This document shows positions 35,788 through 45,049 of a stretch of 64,000 nt of DNA, one piece after another; positions within the stretch are counted from its first letter, which is position 1; the number at the start of each line of letters is the position of its first letter. The notes beneath the pieces are model-generated. The model did not search any database, was not told the DNA's origin, and saw nothing but the letters and a program-made list of their open reading frames with translations. Where the stretch lies: the IMG/VR virus record IMGVR_UViG_3300046839_000055, positions 94,224 to 158,223 of that record; one strand, written 5' to 3'. A program made the translations under genes and the position numbers. This DNA is from a virus. Lineage: Duplodnaviria > Caudoviricetes.

Positions 35788-37050
35788 ATGAACACACAAA
35801 GACTTGAACAGGTGCCAATCGACAAGCTGGTGCCTTACGCCCGGAACGCCCGGACACATAGTAAGGAACAGATCGCGCAGCTCCGCTCCTCCCTCCGGGA
35901 GTTCGGATTCGTAAGCCCTGCGGTCATCGATCAGGATTACAACATCCTCGTCGGCCACGGCAGAATCGCTGCTGCTCGCGAGGAAGGATACAAGACCGTC
36001 CCGTGCGTCTTCGCCGAAGATCTGACCGACACGCAGAAACGCGCCTACATACTCGCCGACAACCAGCTCGCGCTGAACGCCGGATGGGACGAGGAAATGC
36101 TGTCCGTCGAATTAGCTGACCTGCAAGAGAACGCGTTCGACCTCTCCCTGCTCGGTTTCGACGACAAGGAGCTGGAGAAGCTGCTCGGCAGCGATACAGA
36201 GGCTGAGGAGGACGATTTCGATGTTGATGCGGAACTGGAAAAGCCGTGCTTCTCAAAACCAGGCGACCTCTGGCATATCGGGAAGCATACGGTCGTCTGC
36301 GGAGACTCCACCGACCCGGAAACATTCGCGAAGCTGCTCGGCGACAAGAAGGTCAACCTCGTCTGCACCGACGCGCCGTACTTCGTCAACCTGGAGAATG
36401 CGTCCGGGAAGATTGCCAACGACGACCTCAAGGGAACGCAGGCTTATGACTTCCTGATGAAATGTTTCTCTAATTTCAAGAACGCTATGGCGGACGACGC
36501 TTCGATTTACGAGTTCTATGCGACCATGCAGGCGCGCGTGTTCTACGACGCCTTCGAGGACGCCGGATTCAAGGTCGGAGCCGGACTCATCTGGAAGAAG
36601 CCGCGCGCTCCGCTCATGCGCACCGACTGGAAGTTCAACATGGAGCCGATCATCTTCGGCTGGCGCAAGGACGGCAAGCACAAATGGTACGGCGACCAGA
36701 AGCAGAAAGCCGTATTCGAATTCGACGGCGTGAAGAACTCCAAAGAGGACGGCTTCGGACACCCTTCCAGCAAGCCCGTGCCGCTCATCGCCTACCTCAT
36801 CGAACAGAGCACCGCGACAAACGGACTCGTGCTTGACGGGTTCCTCGGCTCCGCCTCAACGCTCATCGCCTGCGACCAGATCGGACGCATATGCTATGGC
36901 GTGGAGCTTGAACCCAAATATGTAGATGTAGCCGTCGTCCGTTACCTGCATTCACATAATGAAGATTCAAGCGATGTGAAGCTCGTCCGTGACGGGAAGG
37001 AATACACATACGAACAGGCGCTTGAAATGATGGAGGCTGTTGATGAGTAA
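35788..37050 (+). CDS. ParB-like domain + N4/N6 DNA methyltransferase
   Basis: PYARNARTH, GHGR, ADN; TDAPY, HPSSKP, DGFLGSAST. Confidence 0.88.
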   Translation: MNTQRLEQVPIDKLVPYARNARTHSKEQIAQLRSSLREFGFVSPAVIDQDYNILVGHGRIAAAREEGYKTVPCVFAEDLTDTQKRAYILADNQLALNAGWDEEMLSVELADLQENAFDLSLLGFDDKELEKLLGSDTEAEEDDFDVDAELEKPCFSKPGDLWHIGKHTVVCGDSTDPETFAKLLGDKKVNLVCTDAPYFVNLENASGKIANDDLKGTQAYDFLMKCFSNFKNAMADDASIYEFYATMQARVFYDAFEDAGFKVGAGLIWKKPRAPLMRTDWKFNMEPIIFGWRKDGKHKWYGDQKQKAVFEFDGVKNSKEDGFGHPSSKPVPLIAYLIEQSTATNGLVLDGFLGSASTLIACDQIGRICYGVELEPKYVDVAVVRYLHSHNEDSSDVKLVRDGKEYTYEQALEMMEAVDE

Positions 37051-37654
37051 TGTGAAATACAACTTCTCGGATGATGGAACTACAGCTTATGGCGAATTGC
37101 CCAGCGGCGAAGTCTTTGTCCTCGACGCAGACATGCTTGCAGCAATCAATGGCATCAATTTCTATATAGGAAGCAAAGGACCACACTCTTCCGGTTTCTA
37201 CGTAATTGACTGCAACGGACGCGCTCTCCACGATTACTTGTTCGAACATAGAGATGGATTTGAAATTGATCACATCAATCTTGATACGCTCGATAATCGC
37301 AGATGCAACATCCGATATTGCACCCACCAACAGAATCAGATGAATCAACCGCTCCAGAAAAACAACACATCTGGAGTAAGCGGAGTCAGCTATTATCCTT
37401 CGCGGCACAAGTTCCGTGCAAGGATCAAAGTCAATCAGCATGAGATTCATCTGGGCTATTACGACACCTTCGAAGATGCCGTCATGGCAAGGAATGTCGG
37501 AATGCTCTGTATGTTCGGGCAATATGGCCGTTATAACGATGTCGGGAGAACCCCAGAATGGATTAAAAACAATGTTGCAGATAGATGTGCGCGCTTTGAG
37601 GAGTTATCTCAGAGTAGCGCATTTTTTGATTTCTGGAGAGTCGACGAAGTCTGA
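37040..37654 (+). CDS. HNH-AP2 homing-type endonuclease
   Basis: IDHINLDTLDNRRCN (HNH), NNTSGVSGV...ARI......HLGYY.T.EDA..AR (AP2); AT-richer than neighbours. Confidence 0.85.
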   Translation: MMSNVKYNFSDDGTTAYGELPSGEVFVLDADMLAAINGINFYIGSKGPHSSGFYVIDCNGRALHDYLFEHRDGFEIDHINLDTLDNRRCNIRYCTHQQNQMNQPLQKNNTSGVSGVSYYPSRHKFRARIKVNQHEIHLGYYDTFEDAVMARNVGMLCMFGQYGRYNDVGRTPEWIKNNVADRCARFEELSQSSAFFDFWRVDEV

Positions 37655-37729
37655 TTCCTTTGTGTACTAAGCACAGTTTCATGCCCTGATAATCGGCTTA
37701 TTTTCTACCGGAGAAATATCGCAGATTCG

Positions 37730-37780
37730 CTTGCTATTACAGGCCTTCAGAGTGATGTATAGACATGCCGAAAGGCACAG
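37730..37780 (+). promoter_or_regulatory. Motif B copy 1 (CTTGCTAT-N11-AGAGTGAT) plus TGCC-GAAA-GGCA hairpin
   Basis: Same boxes and spacing at 42507 and 61960. Confidence 0.7.
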
Positions 37781-37818
37781 GGCCTTCCGGACAAACGCAT
37801 ACCAAGGAGGTAAACACA

Positions 37819-38550
37819 ATGCGAATCAACTACAACGTAACAGGAGCACAGAGAAAAGAACTGGTCAAGGTCATCTCCGACACCACCGGAGCCAAGGCCA
37901 CCTACATGAAGATGCCAACCTGCAACTACGAGATCGACTGCTTCACCGTCACCAAGGATGGCGCACTCGAGTTCGACGACATGGCGGATTCCGAAGAAGT
38001 CGAGAAGGTCCTCGATGCCATCGCCGCCGCAGGATTCGAGCCAGAGCCGCAGGAGCCTGCGGAACCGGAGCCGGAGGAAGACGCCGAGGAAGCGCCGGAA
38101 ACCGATGAAACAGGCCTCACGGTCGAACTTCCGCTCGACAAGGTCGCGGTCGGAACGCTGACCAACATCCTCGAGGCCAAGGGAACGCTCATCAAGAAGG
38201 CGCTCGGCATCGACGACCTGCGGTTCGAGATCCGGGACGACAAGATCGCCTTCCCTTGGTTCAAGGAACTGCCCACGCCGGATGAAACCAGAGCCTACAC
38301 GATGTTTATCGCTCAGCTCTGCAAGCTCTCCAAGAATCTGAAACGCGCGAGCTCGACTGAGACACCGGTCACAAACGAGAAGTACGCATTCCGTTGCTTC
38401 CTGCTCCGGCTCGGATTCATCGGCAGCGAGTACAAGCAGGAACGGAAAATCCTGCTCCAGAACCTCGAGGGCAACTCAAGCTGGAAGAACGGCGTTCCTA
38501 AGAAGGAAACAACCGAGGAAGCCGCTGAGAACAAGGAGGTGCAGGCATGA
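37819..38550 (+). CDS. Conserved phage protein (so-called virulence-related protein family)
   Basis: RKELV..IS...G, K..LIKKALG, FPWF, NEKYAFRCFLLRLGFIG.EYK..RK.LL.NL.G. Confidence 0.8.
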   Translation: MRINYNVTGAQRKELVKVISDTTGAKATYMKMPTCNYEIDCFTVTKDGALEFDDMADSEEVEKVLDAIAAAGFEPEPQEPAEPEPEEDAEEAPETDETGLTVELPLDKVAVGTLTNILEAKGTLIKKALGIDDLRFEIRDDKIAFPWFKELPTPDETRAYTMFIAQLCKLSKNLKRASSTETPVTNEKYAFRCFLLRLGFIGSEYKQERKILLQNLEGNSSWKNGVPKKETTEEAAENKEVQA

Positions 38551-38771
38551 GGATGATCAGACCGGAGCAGCTTGAACAGCTGAAGAAAACCTACCCAGAT
38601 GGCACGCGCGTGGAGCTCGTCCGCATGGATGACATTCAGGCTCCACCTGCCGGAACCCGCGGCACCGTCTACGGCATCGACGACACTGGCAGCCTGCTGG
38701 TCCACTGGGACAACGGCAGCGGCCTCAACGTGATCTACGGCAAGGATTATGCGGTGAAAATCATTATGTAG
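38547..38771 (+). CDS. DUF4314 protein, C-terminus supplied by the RIT end
   Basis: YP.GTRVEL..M.D, GT.GTV..IDD.G...V.WDNGS.L; native tail EDIVRKVVE* lies at 42248-42277. Confidence 0.85.
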   Translation: MRMIRPEQLEQLKKTYPDGTRVELVRMDDIQAPPAGTRGTVYGIDDTGSLLVHWDNGSGLNVIYGKDYAVKIIM

Positions 38772-38832
38772 AGTATAGTGTCGGGAAGACCGTGTTTGCT
38801 ACGAACTTCCCGACAAACACTCAGCATAATAT

Positions 38833-39861
38833 TTACAATGATTTCCCGTATCCTTCGAGCCAAGATAGTAAATCTTTGTCCTCTGTCCAAAATGGGACAT
38901 CTGACGTATCGGGAACTATTGCGACTTTCTCCAATGCCTTTTTCTTCATTTCAAGGTTGGATCGGGCGTAGATACCGGTTGTCGCTATATTCACATGGCC
39001 GAGTATGTCCCGTATATAGACGATGTTCACACCCGCTTCGAGCAAATGCATTGCTTTTGAGTGTCTCAGAATATGAGGCGTGACCTTTTCCGGGATTGTG
39101 GGCTGCTCCGTCCGAGCGGCTGCGACATACTTTTGCAAGATATAACCTATACCAGACCGTGACAGTGCCTCGTTCCGCTGGTTAAAAAACACCGGATGCT
39201 CGTTCATCTGCCCTCCCTGCAACAGGTGATTCTCTTTCATGTAATTCGAGATGAGGGTTGCCGTCTGATCCATCAGTGGGACAACACGCTTCTTATTGCC
39301 TTTGCCAAGAAGTGTTACCTGTGCCGGAGCCTGCAATCTTACTGCCCCAATGGTCAAGTCGGCTATCTCCTGAACACGGCCGCCCGTATCATAGAGAACG
39401 CAAAGCAATGTCAAATCCCTGCGTCCTTTGCGCGTCGAAGTGTCCGGCTGCTTAAGGATTAATTCGAGATCCTCTTTGTAGAGATATGAAACAAACCTTG
39501 CCGGCGATTTGCGGTTTGGAATGTTCAGCACCTGCTGGCATAGGCTAATCAGCTGAGGTTCCTCACCTTGAACGTATTTGTAAAAGGAGTGTATTGCCGC
39601 CAACCTCTGGTTAACAGTGGATGCCGAGGATTTACGTTCATCTTCAAGCCACTTCAAAAAGGATTCCACCGTCCTACGGTCGGCATCCTTAAACTTGATC
39701 TGGTTCGGATCTATGTCCTTGGCTGCCTTCATATAGGATATGAAAAGTCTGAATGTGTCGCAATACGAAGCAATCGTGTTTGTACTGAATCTCCGCTGGC
39801 TGGGCAGGTAATCGCTCAGAAATTTTCCGAGCAGGTGTTGGAATTGATTATCCCTCCTCAT
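38833..39861 (-). CDS. ritC: RIT tyrosine recombinase C
   Basis: S.NT..SY.DTF, N.RLAAIHSF, YDTGGRVQE, GKG.K.R, PHILRHS.AMHLL, LGH, T..Y. Confidence 0.88.
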   Translation of the reverse strand: MRRDNQFQHLLGKFLSDYLPSQRRFSTNTIASYCDTFRLFISYMKAAKDIDPNQIKFKDADRRTVESFLKWLEDERKSSASTVNQRLAAIHSFYKYVQGEEPQLISLCQQVLNIPNRKSPARFVSYLYKEDLELILKQPDTSTRKGRRDLTLLCVLYDTGGRVQEIADLTIGAVRLQAPAQVTLLGKGNKKRVVPLMDQTATLISNYMKENHLLQGGQMNEHPVFFNQRNEALSRSGIGYILQKYVAAARTEQPTIPEKVTPHILRHSKAMHLLEAGVNIVYIRDILGHVNIATTGIYARSNLEMKKKALEKVAIVPDTSDVPFWTEDKDLLSWLEGYGKSL

Positions 39862-40849
39862 ACACGTGTCCTCCGTTTGGTATGATATACCCAAAGTACT
39901 TTTCTACGCGCCGCGTGATATCAGGGAAGACATCCGCCGTGAGCCGTAAGTACTTGTTTACTGAGCCGAGGTTTACATGCCCCATGTAGCTGGAAAGCAC
40001 AGGGAGAAGGGCATTTACCTGTTCTCCATCGTCAACCCATTTTTTGAGACAATGCACTGCAAATGTGTGCCGGAGATCATGAATTCTGGGGCCGTCGTCG
40101 TTTTTAGGAATGCCTGCGGAATGGAGTATCTGGTTCCACATGTATGTAACTGTGCTATGACCGTATTTGCCACCGCTTGGAGCAGAAAAGAAGATCCCGG
40201 AAGAATCAGCACCATCAAGCACTGTTTCTTGGTATGTTGCGCAACGGTCGGATAGCTGCCGGCTCATTGGGACATAACGGTCGACCTTGCTTTTGCCACC
40301 TTTTATCGTGATTATGCCGTTTTCAATGTCAACGTCTCCAATAGTAAGGGAGAGAGCTTCATTCAAACGGAGTCCGCACGAATATAGTACCCGGAAAAGG
40401 AGTGCCGCGACATCCCGCCTGTGTGGGCTTGATAACGGCGCATTAAGATTATCCGCGGCCTGGAATAGCCTTTTCAGTTCATCTGCTGTAAAGATATGCG
40501 GTATAAATGTCGAATCGCTGTGCGTATCTTCGGGCAGGATGATTGTCTTAGTACATGGCAGATCATGGGCAACGAAATAATCGGTGAGCTGGGTGGAAAC
40601 CGTGATCCGGGAACGCCATGTCTTCGTGCTTTCCGTTGGAGTACGAACGCTCCATGCGTCAATCAGCTCCTTTGGAAGCGTGTTCGGCGCTATGCCGAGT
40701 TCCTGGCTCAACCTGTCTATTTGGAGAAGCCTCCATGACTCGGAGGAATATTTGTATCCGAGCGCCCGTTTCTCTTCGAGGAACCCCTTGAGCTGCTCGG
40801 CTATAGGCCCAGTAAAATCCGGCATGAAAATACGGTTAGGTTCAGGCAT
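39848..40849 (-). CDS. ritB: RIT tyrosine recombinase B
   Basis: KRALGYKY, YSCGLRLNEA, GPRIHDLRHTFAV, LSSYMGH, YLRLT. Confidence 0.88.
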   Translation of the reverse strand: MPEPNRIFMPDFTGPIAEQLKGFLEEKRALGYKYSSESWRLLQIDRLSQELGIAPNTLPKELIDAWSVRTPTESTKTWRSRITVSTQLTDYFVAHDLPCTKTIILPEDTHSDSTFIPHIFTADELKRLFQAADNLNAPLSSPHRRDVAALLFRVLYSCGLRLNEALSLTIGDVDIENGIITIKGGKSKVDRYVPMSRQLSDRCATYQETVLDGADSSGIFFSAPSGGKYGHSTVTYMWNQILHSAGIPKNDDGPRIHDLRHTFAVHCLKKWVDDGEQVNALLPVLSSYMGHVNLGSVNKYLRLTADVFPDITRRVEKYFGYIIPNGGHVYEEG

Positions 40850-42074
40850 CGGCCATCACCTCCTCCGGATTTAATGCACAGAGACGAAGCTTTTCAATGT
40901 CGGCACGAAGATACCTGTTGGTTGATGCCGGGTCAGCATGGCCTAAGACGGCTGATATGGTTTCATACTCAATGCCCGCATCCATCATGTGGGTGGCCAG
41001 CGAGAAACGTAAGGTATGGGGACCGTGCGGCTTTTCGCTTTCAACACTAATTCCTGCAGTGCGTAAATACTTCTGCATTTGATACCAAAAGCGGTCTATT
41101 TTCCCGTATGGTGCTGAATGCCTTACAAATACATATGGGCTGGAATCTTCCGGGCGACCATGCTTTAGATAGTCAATGATAGCCTTTCCGATTTCCTCGC
41201 TCAATGGTAGCTCTTGTGGGACACCTGTTTTCTCCTGGGTGAACCGGATGATGCATTTAACCCAGTCGATGTTTTCGAACTTGAGGGAAACGATATCCCC
41301 CGATCGCATCCCGAGGTGTATCGCCAGCATAAAGATGGCGTAATCCCGTTTTCCGACGGAAGTCCCCCTCTCAATAGCCGCCAGCAACCTCTCCGTCTCA
41401 TCCGGCGTCCATGTGTGCGCAAGGCGCTGCCTGCGTCGGGAGGCCTTTGGAACATACAAAGAAAGATCCTGTTCCGTAAACTGCTCCTCATAAAGGAATT
41501 TGAGGAAGCTCCTGAGTACGTTGACCTTATCGGAAATGGTGTTCAATGCTCTTGCCGTAAGGAATTGTAGAAAACCGGAAACAGTATCTTTGTTAAGGTT
41601 TTTCAACTCAGGTGTTGACATTATTCCGCTCTGCTTCAAAAACATCAGGAACGGTCTGATAGTCCACATCTTACCATCAATGGTCCCTTGCCTTAAGTGG
41701 CGTTCCATGCAGGAAGACGTGAAACGGTTGAGAACCTCGGAATAGGATTCCAATGATATGACCCCAATCTTCGTGGTTCGTATCAGCCCGGCATCATTCT
41801 GTATGAGCAGGAGATAAAGAAGCGGACGGACCGTAGTATAATGTACTTTCTTGCAGTCAGCCGAATAAATGTCATCCCCTTCGATATCGATGTTGTATTC
41901 CTCTTGCAGGAATGTTCGTGCTAAGTCCCATGAGAATTCATCAATGCGATATTTCTGGGCGTAGATTTGAAGTTTACGCCAGATAGCAACATATTTCCTG
42001 ATGAAATCATCGCAGAACTTTTGCTCATGGAGCATTTGCGTTGCCGCAGCAACTAAATCTGTAACTTTTGCCAT
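40842..42074 (-). CDS. ritA: RIT tyrosine recombinase A
   Basis: GKRDYAI, LGMRSGDI, QEKT, YL..GRP, GPHTLR.SLA, LGH, Y...D...LR.CAL; ATG 42074 after AAGGAGGTG. Confidence 0.88.
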   Translation of the reverse strand: MAKVTDLVAAATQMLHEQKFCDDFIRKYVAIWRKLQIYAQKYRIDEFSWDLARTFLQEEYNIDIEGDDIYSADCKKVHYTTVRPLLYLLLIQNDAGLIRTTKIGVISLESYSEVLNRFTSSCMERHLRQGTIDGKMWTIRPFLMFLKQSGIMSTPELKNLNKDTVSGFLQFLTARALNTISDKVNVLRSFLKFLYEEQFTEQDLSLYVPKASRRRQRLAHTWTPDETERLLAAIERGTSVGKRDYAIFMLAIHLGMRSGDIVSLKFENIDWVKCIIRFTQEKTGVPQELPLSEEIGKAIIDYLKHGRPEDSSPYVFVRHSAPYGKIDRFWYQMQKYLRTAGISVESEKPHGPHTLRFSLATHMMDAGIEYETISAVLGHADPASTNRYLRADIEKLRLCALNPEEVMADA

Positions 42075-42278
42075 GTGGTGGCACCTCCTTTGAATTTGAT
42101 ACAAAAGAGTATGTGCTATCAGGCAAAAAGGCACAATATTATGTAGAATGTTTTTACGAAAAGGCAAGTAAAAATCACTATTTTATCCGCATACTCTACA
42201 TAATGATTTTCACCGCATAATCCTCGTTATGTAGAGCTCTACATAACGAGGACATCGTGCGGAAGGTGGTGGAATGAC

Positions 42279-42464
42279 ATGGACGAGAAAGTACGCGAAC
42301 AGATTATGGCCATCCGAGATACGGGCAAGGTCAATATGCTATCGATTCTCGAGGTTCAGCGGCTGGCGTTCGATTCCGGATACTACGAATTAGTCCTCTA
42401 CATTGAGGATCACCGCCGCGAATATGTGCATTTCATTATGACCGGCGAAACGCAGGAATCCTGA
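42279..42464 (+). CDS. DUF5049 protein
   Basis: EQI.AIRDTG..NM....VQ.LA...GYYELV.YI......Y..FI.TG. Confidence 0.82.
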   Translation: MDEKVREQIMAIRDTGKVNMLSILEVQRLAFDSGYYELVLYIEDHRREYVHFIMTGETQES

Positions 42465-42506
42465 TTTTCAGACACAGAAATTTATCAATTTATCTGGCCG
42501 AATTGA

Positions 42507-42557
42507 CTTGCTATATACCCTCGAAAGAGTGATGTATATACATGCCGAAAGGCACAG
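42507..42557 (+). promoter_or_regulatory. Motif B copy 2 plus TGCC-GAAA-GGCA hairpin
   Basis: CTTGCTAT-N11-AGAGTGATGTATATACATGCCGAAAGGCACAG. Confidence 0.7.
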
Positions 42558-42587
42558 AAAACAAGCGAAAATCAGGAGGAACGCACG

Positions 42588-43067
42588 ATGGAAAAGAACA
42601 CCTACTTCGAACACATGAGAAACACGGCGATCGCCTACAACGAGGCGCAGGCCATCCGCGAAAAGGAACGCGACGCCATGATCGCCGCTGATAACTGGGA
42701 CGGCGTCAAGGCCTTTGACAGGCGCGAAAAGGAGGAATTCCCGTACCCATTCACCGCCGGTCAGAACAAGGCGCTGGTCCTCTACGACCGGAGTCTCAGG
42801 AACGGCGCGGATGCCTTCGAGGCCGACGACCTGCCTTGGGACTACGAGCTGGCCGACTTCGTTGAAACGCTCCGGAACGCCGGAATCAAGGCAATTGTGG
42901 TGACCGACCAGAGCACCGGCCTGATGGACGGAATCTACGGACTGACAAACCTCGGCTGCCGGATGAACGGACTCAAGACCGTCACCAGAGCCGACGACCA
43001 CCGCTTCGGCAGCAAGGAGCCGGAACGCAGGAACGGCATCGAATTCATCATCAGCGAGGAGGCCTGA
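42588..43067 (+). CDS. Hypothetical phage protein
   Basis: RBS AGGAGG; 159 aa; FVETLR.AGI..I.V...STGL...I..L...GC. Confidence 0.75.
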   Translation: MEKNTYFEHMRNTAIAYNEAQAIREKERDAMIAADNWDGVKAFDRREKEEFPYPFTAGQNKALVLYDRSLRNGADAFEADDLPWDYELADFVETLRNAGIKAIVVTDQSTGLMDGIYGLTNLGCRMNGLKTVTRADDHRFGSKEPERRNGIEFIISEEA

Positions 43068-43069
43068 CC

Positions 43070-43297
43070 ATGTGGACAAACGGCAGCTTATTGATTGACG
43101 GCACAGTCGTTAAATACTGGGTAAAGCACTATGACGAGCCTTCCGAGGATTACGGAATCGACGGCGGACGCATTTCCAAGATGGAGCTGCGTGTGGGCGG
43201 CAAGGTCACACTGAACTACGACCGCGGCTGGGACATCGAGCCCGAAGACGAAGCAAGCCAGCTCGCCTACGCGGTGCTCATGAAGCAGTACAACTAA
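43070..43297 (+). CDS. Hypothetical phage protein
   Basis: K.YDEPS.YGI.GGRISK...YDRGWD..P. Confidence 0.75.
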   Translation: MWTNGSLLIDGTVVKYWVKHYDEPSEDYGIDGGRISKMELRVGGKVTLNYDRGWDIEPEDEASQLAYAVLMKQYN

Positions 43298-43372
43298 GCA
43301 ACACCAGAATTTGAATATTCCGAAAGCAGAGCCTGAGAACGGCTCTCGCTCTCGTACTGATAGAAATTACGC

Positions 43373-43398
43373 AGATCGCTTCGGCGGTCTTTTATTTT
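43373..43398 (+). terminator. UUCG-loop terminator before terL
   Basis: AGATCGC-TTCG-GCGGTCT-TTTATTTT. Confidence 0.6.
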
Positions 43399-43421
43399 GC
43401 CATGAAGGGAGTGATTTTCCA

Positions 43422-45029
43422 TTGGCAGTACGGAAATTGAAGAAATACAAGGTCACGCGGTTCATGGAGAAGACCTCCCATTACGACGAGAACCTCGCCG
43501 ACTATGCCTGCCTGTTCATCGAGCAGCTCTGCCATACCAAAGGCACCTGGGCCGGAAAGCCCTTCGAGCTCATCGACTGGCAGGAGCAGATCGTCCGCGA
43601 CCTGTTCGGCGTGATCAAGGAGAACGGCTACCGGCAGTTCAACACCGCCTACGTGGAGATACCCAAGAAGCAAGGTAAATCGGAGCTTGCCGCGGCGATC
43701 GCGCTGCTCCTGACCTGCGGGGACAATGAAGAGCGCGCCGAGGTGTATGGCTGCGCCGCCGACCGGAACCAGGCCAAGATCGTGTTCGACGTCGCGGTCG
43801 ACATGGTCCGCTTCTGCCCCGCTCTTTCAAAGCGCGTGAAGATCCTCGAATCGCAGAAGCGGCTCGAATACCTGCCGACGCACAGCTTCTACCAGGTGCT
43901 GTCCGCGGATGTCGCGAACAAGCACGGGTTCAACACGCACGGCGTCATCTTCGACGAGCTGCACACGCAGCCGAACCGCAAGCTCTTCGACGTCATGACC
44001 AAGGGATCCGGCGACGCGAGGATGCAGCCCTTGTTCTTCCTCATCACCACCGCCGGGAACGACACGCACTCCATCTGCTACGAGCAGCATGAGAAGGCGC
44101 TCGACATCATGAACGGCAGGAAGCACGATCCGACCTTCTACCCGGTCATCTTCGGAGCGGACGAGTCCGAGGACTGGACGGACCCGGAGGTCTGGAGGAA
44201 GGCGAACCCGAGCCTGGGCATCACGGTCGGCATCGACAAGGTCAAGGCGGCCTGCGAGAGCGCGAAGCAGAACCCCGGCGAGGAGAACGCCTTCCGGCAG
44301 CTCCGCCTCAACCAGTGGGTGAAGCAGTCCGTCCGCTGGATGCCGATGGACAAATGGGACGCCTGCGACTATCCGGTGAACGAGGACGACCTTGAGGGCC
44401 GCGTCTGCTACGGAGGGCTCGACCTTTCCAGCACGACCGACATCACCGCCTTCGTCCTCGTGTTCCCTCCGCAGGACGAGGACGACAGGTATGCGATCCT
44501 CCCGTACTTCTGGGTTCCCGAGGACACGCTCGACCTCCGGGTCCGCCGCGACCACGTCCCCTACGACCTGTGGGAGAAACAGGGCGTCATCCAGACCACG
44601 GAGGGGAACGTCATCCACTACGGCTATATCGAGAAGTTCATCGAACGCCTCGGCGAGCGGTTCAACATCCGCGAGATCGCCTTCGACCGGTGGGGAGCCG
44701 TCCAGATGGTGCAGAACCTCGAAGGCATGGGCTTCACCGTCGTCCCGTTCGGACAGGGCTTCAAGGACATGAGCCCGCCCACCAAGGAGCTCATGAAGCT
44801 CGTCCTTGAGAAGCGCATCGCGCACGGCGGGCATCCGGTCCTCCGCTGGATGATGGACAACATCTACATCCGCACCGACCCCGCCGGGAACATCAAGGCC
44901 GACAAGGAGAAATCCACGGAGAAGATCGACGGCGCGATCGCCACCATCATGGCCCTCGACCGCGCGATCCGCATGGGTAACGACAATGCCGAGTCCGTCT
45001 ATGACAGCCGCGGCATTCTTTTTATCTGA
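43422..45029 (+). CDS. terL: Terminase large subunit
   Basis: WQ, PKKQGKSEL (Walker A), IFDELH, ITTAG, GLDLS, KIDG; TTG start after AAGGGAGTG. Confidence 0.95.
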   Translation: MAVRKLKKYKVTRFMEKTSHYDENLADYACLFIEQLCHTKGTWAGKPFELIDWQEQIVRDLFGVIKENGYRQFNTAYVEIPKKQGKSELAAAIALLLTCGDNEERAEVYGCAADRNQAKIVFDVAVDMVRFCPALSKRVKILESQKRLEYLPTHSFYQVLSADVANKHGFNTHGVIFDELHTQPNRKLFDVMTKGSGDARMQPLFFLITTAGNDTHSICYEQHEKALDIMNGRKHDPTFYPVIFGADESEDWTDPEVWRKANPSLGITVGIDKVKAACESAKQNPGEENAFRQLRLNQWVKQSVRWMPMDKWDACDYPVNEDDLEGRVCYGGLDLSSTTDITAFVLVFPPQDEDDRYAILPYFWVPEDTLDLRVRRDHVPYDLWEKQGVIQTTEGNVIHYGYIEKFIERLGERFNIREIAFDRWGAVQMVQNLEGMGFTVVPFGQGFKDMSPPTKELMKLVLEKRIAHGGHPVLRWMMDNIYIRTDPAGNIKADKEKSTEKIDGAIATIMALDRAIRMGNDNAESVYDSRGILFI

Positions 45030-45049
45030 AACACACGGAGGACAAGCCC

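Larger units (their letters stand above)
38743..42252 (-). mobile_element. RIT (recombinase-in-trio) element
   Basis: Three overlapping tyrosine recombinases; 34-bp perfect terminal IRs at 38743-38776 and 42191-42224; 32-bp perfect palindrome at 42221-42252. Confidence 0.93.

Noticed and set aside
37819-38550. Virulence factor
   Set aside because: Label is a propagated annotation for a conserved phage protein; nothing in the sequence supports virulence
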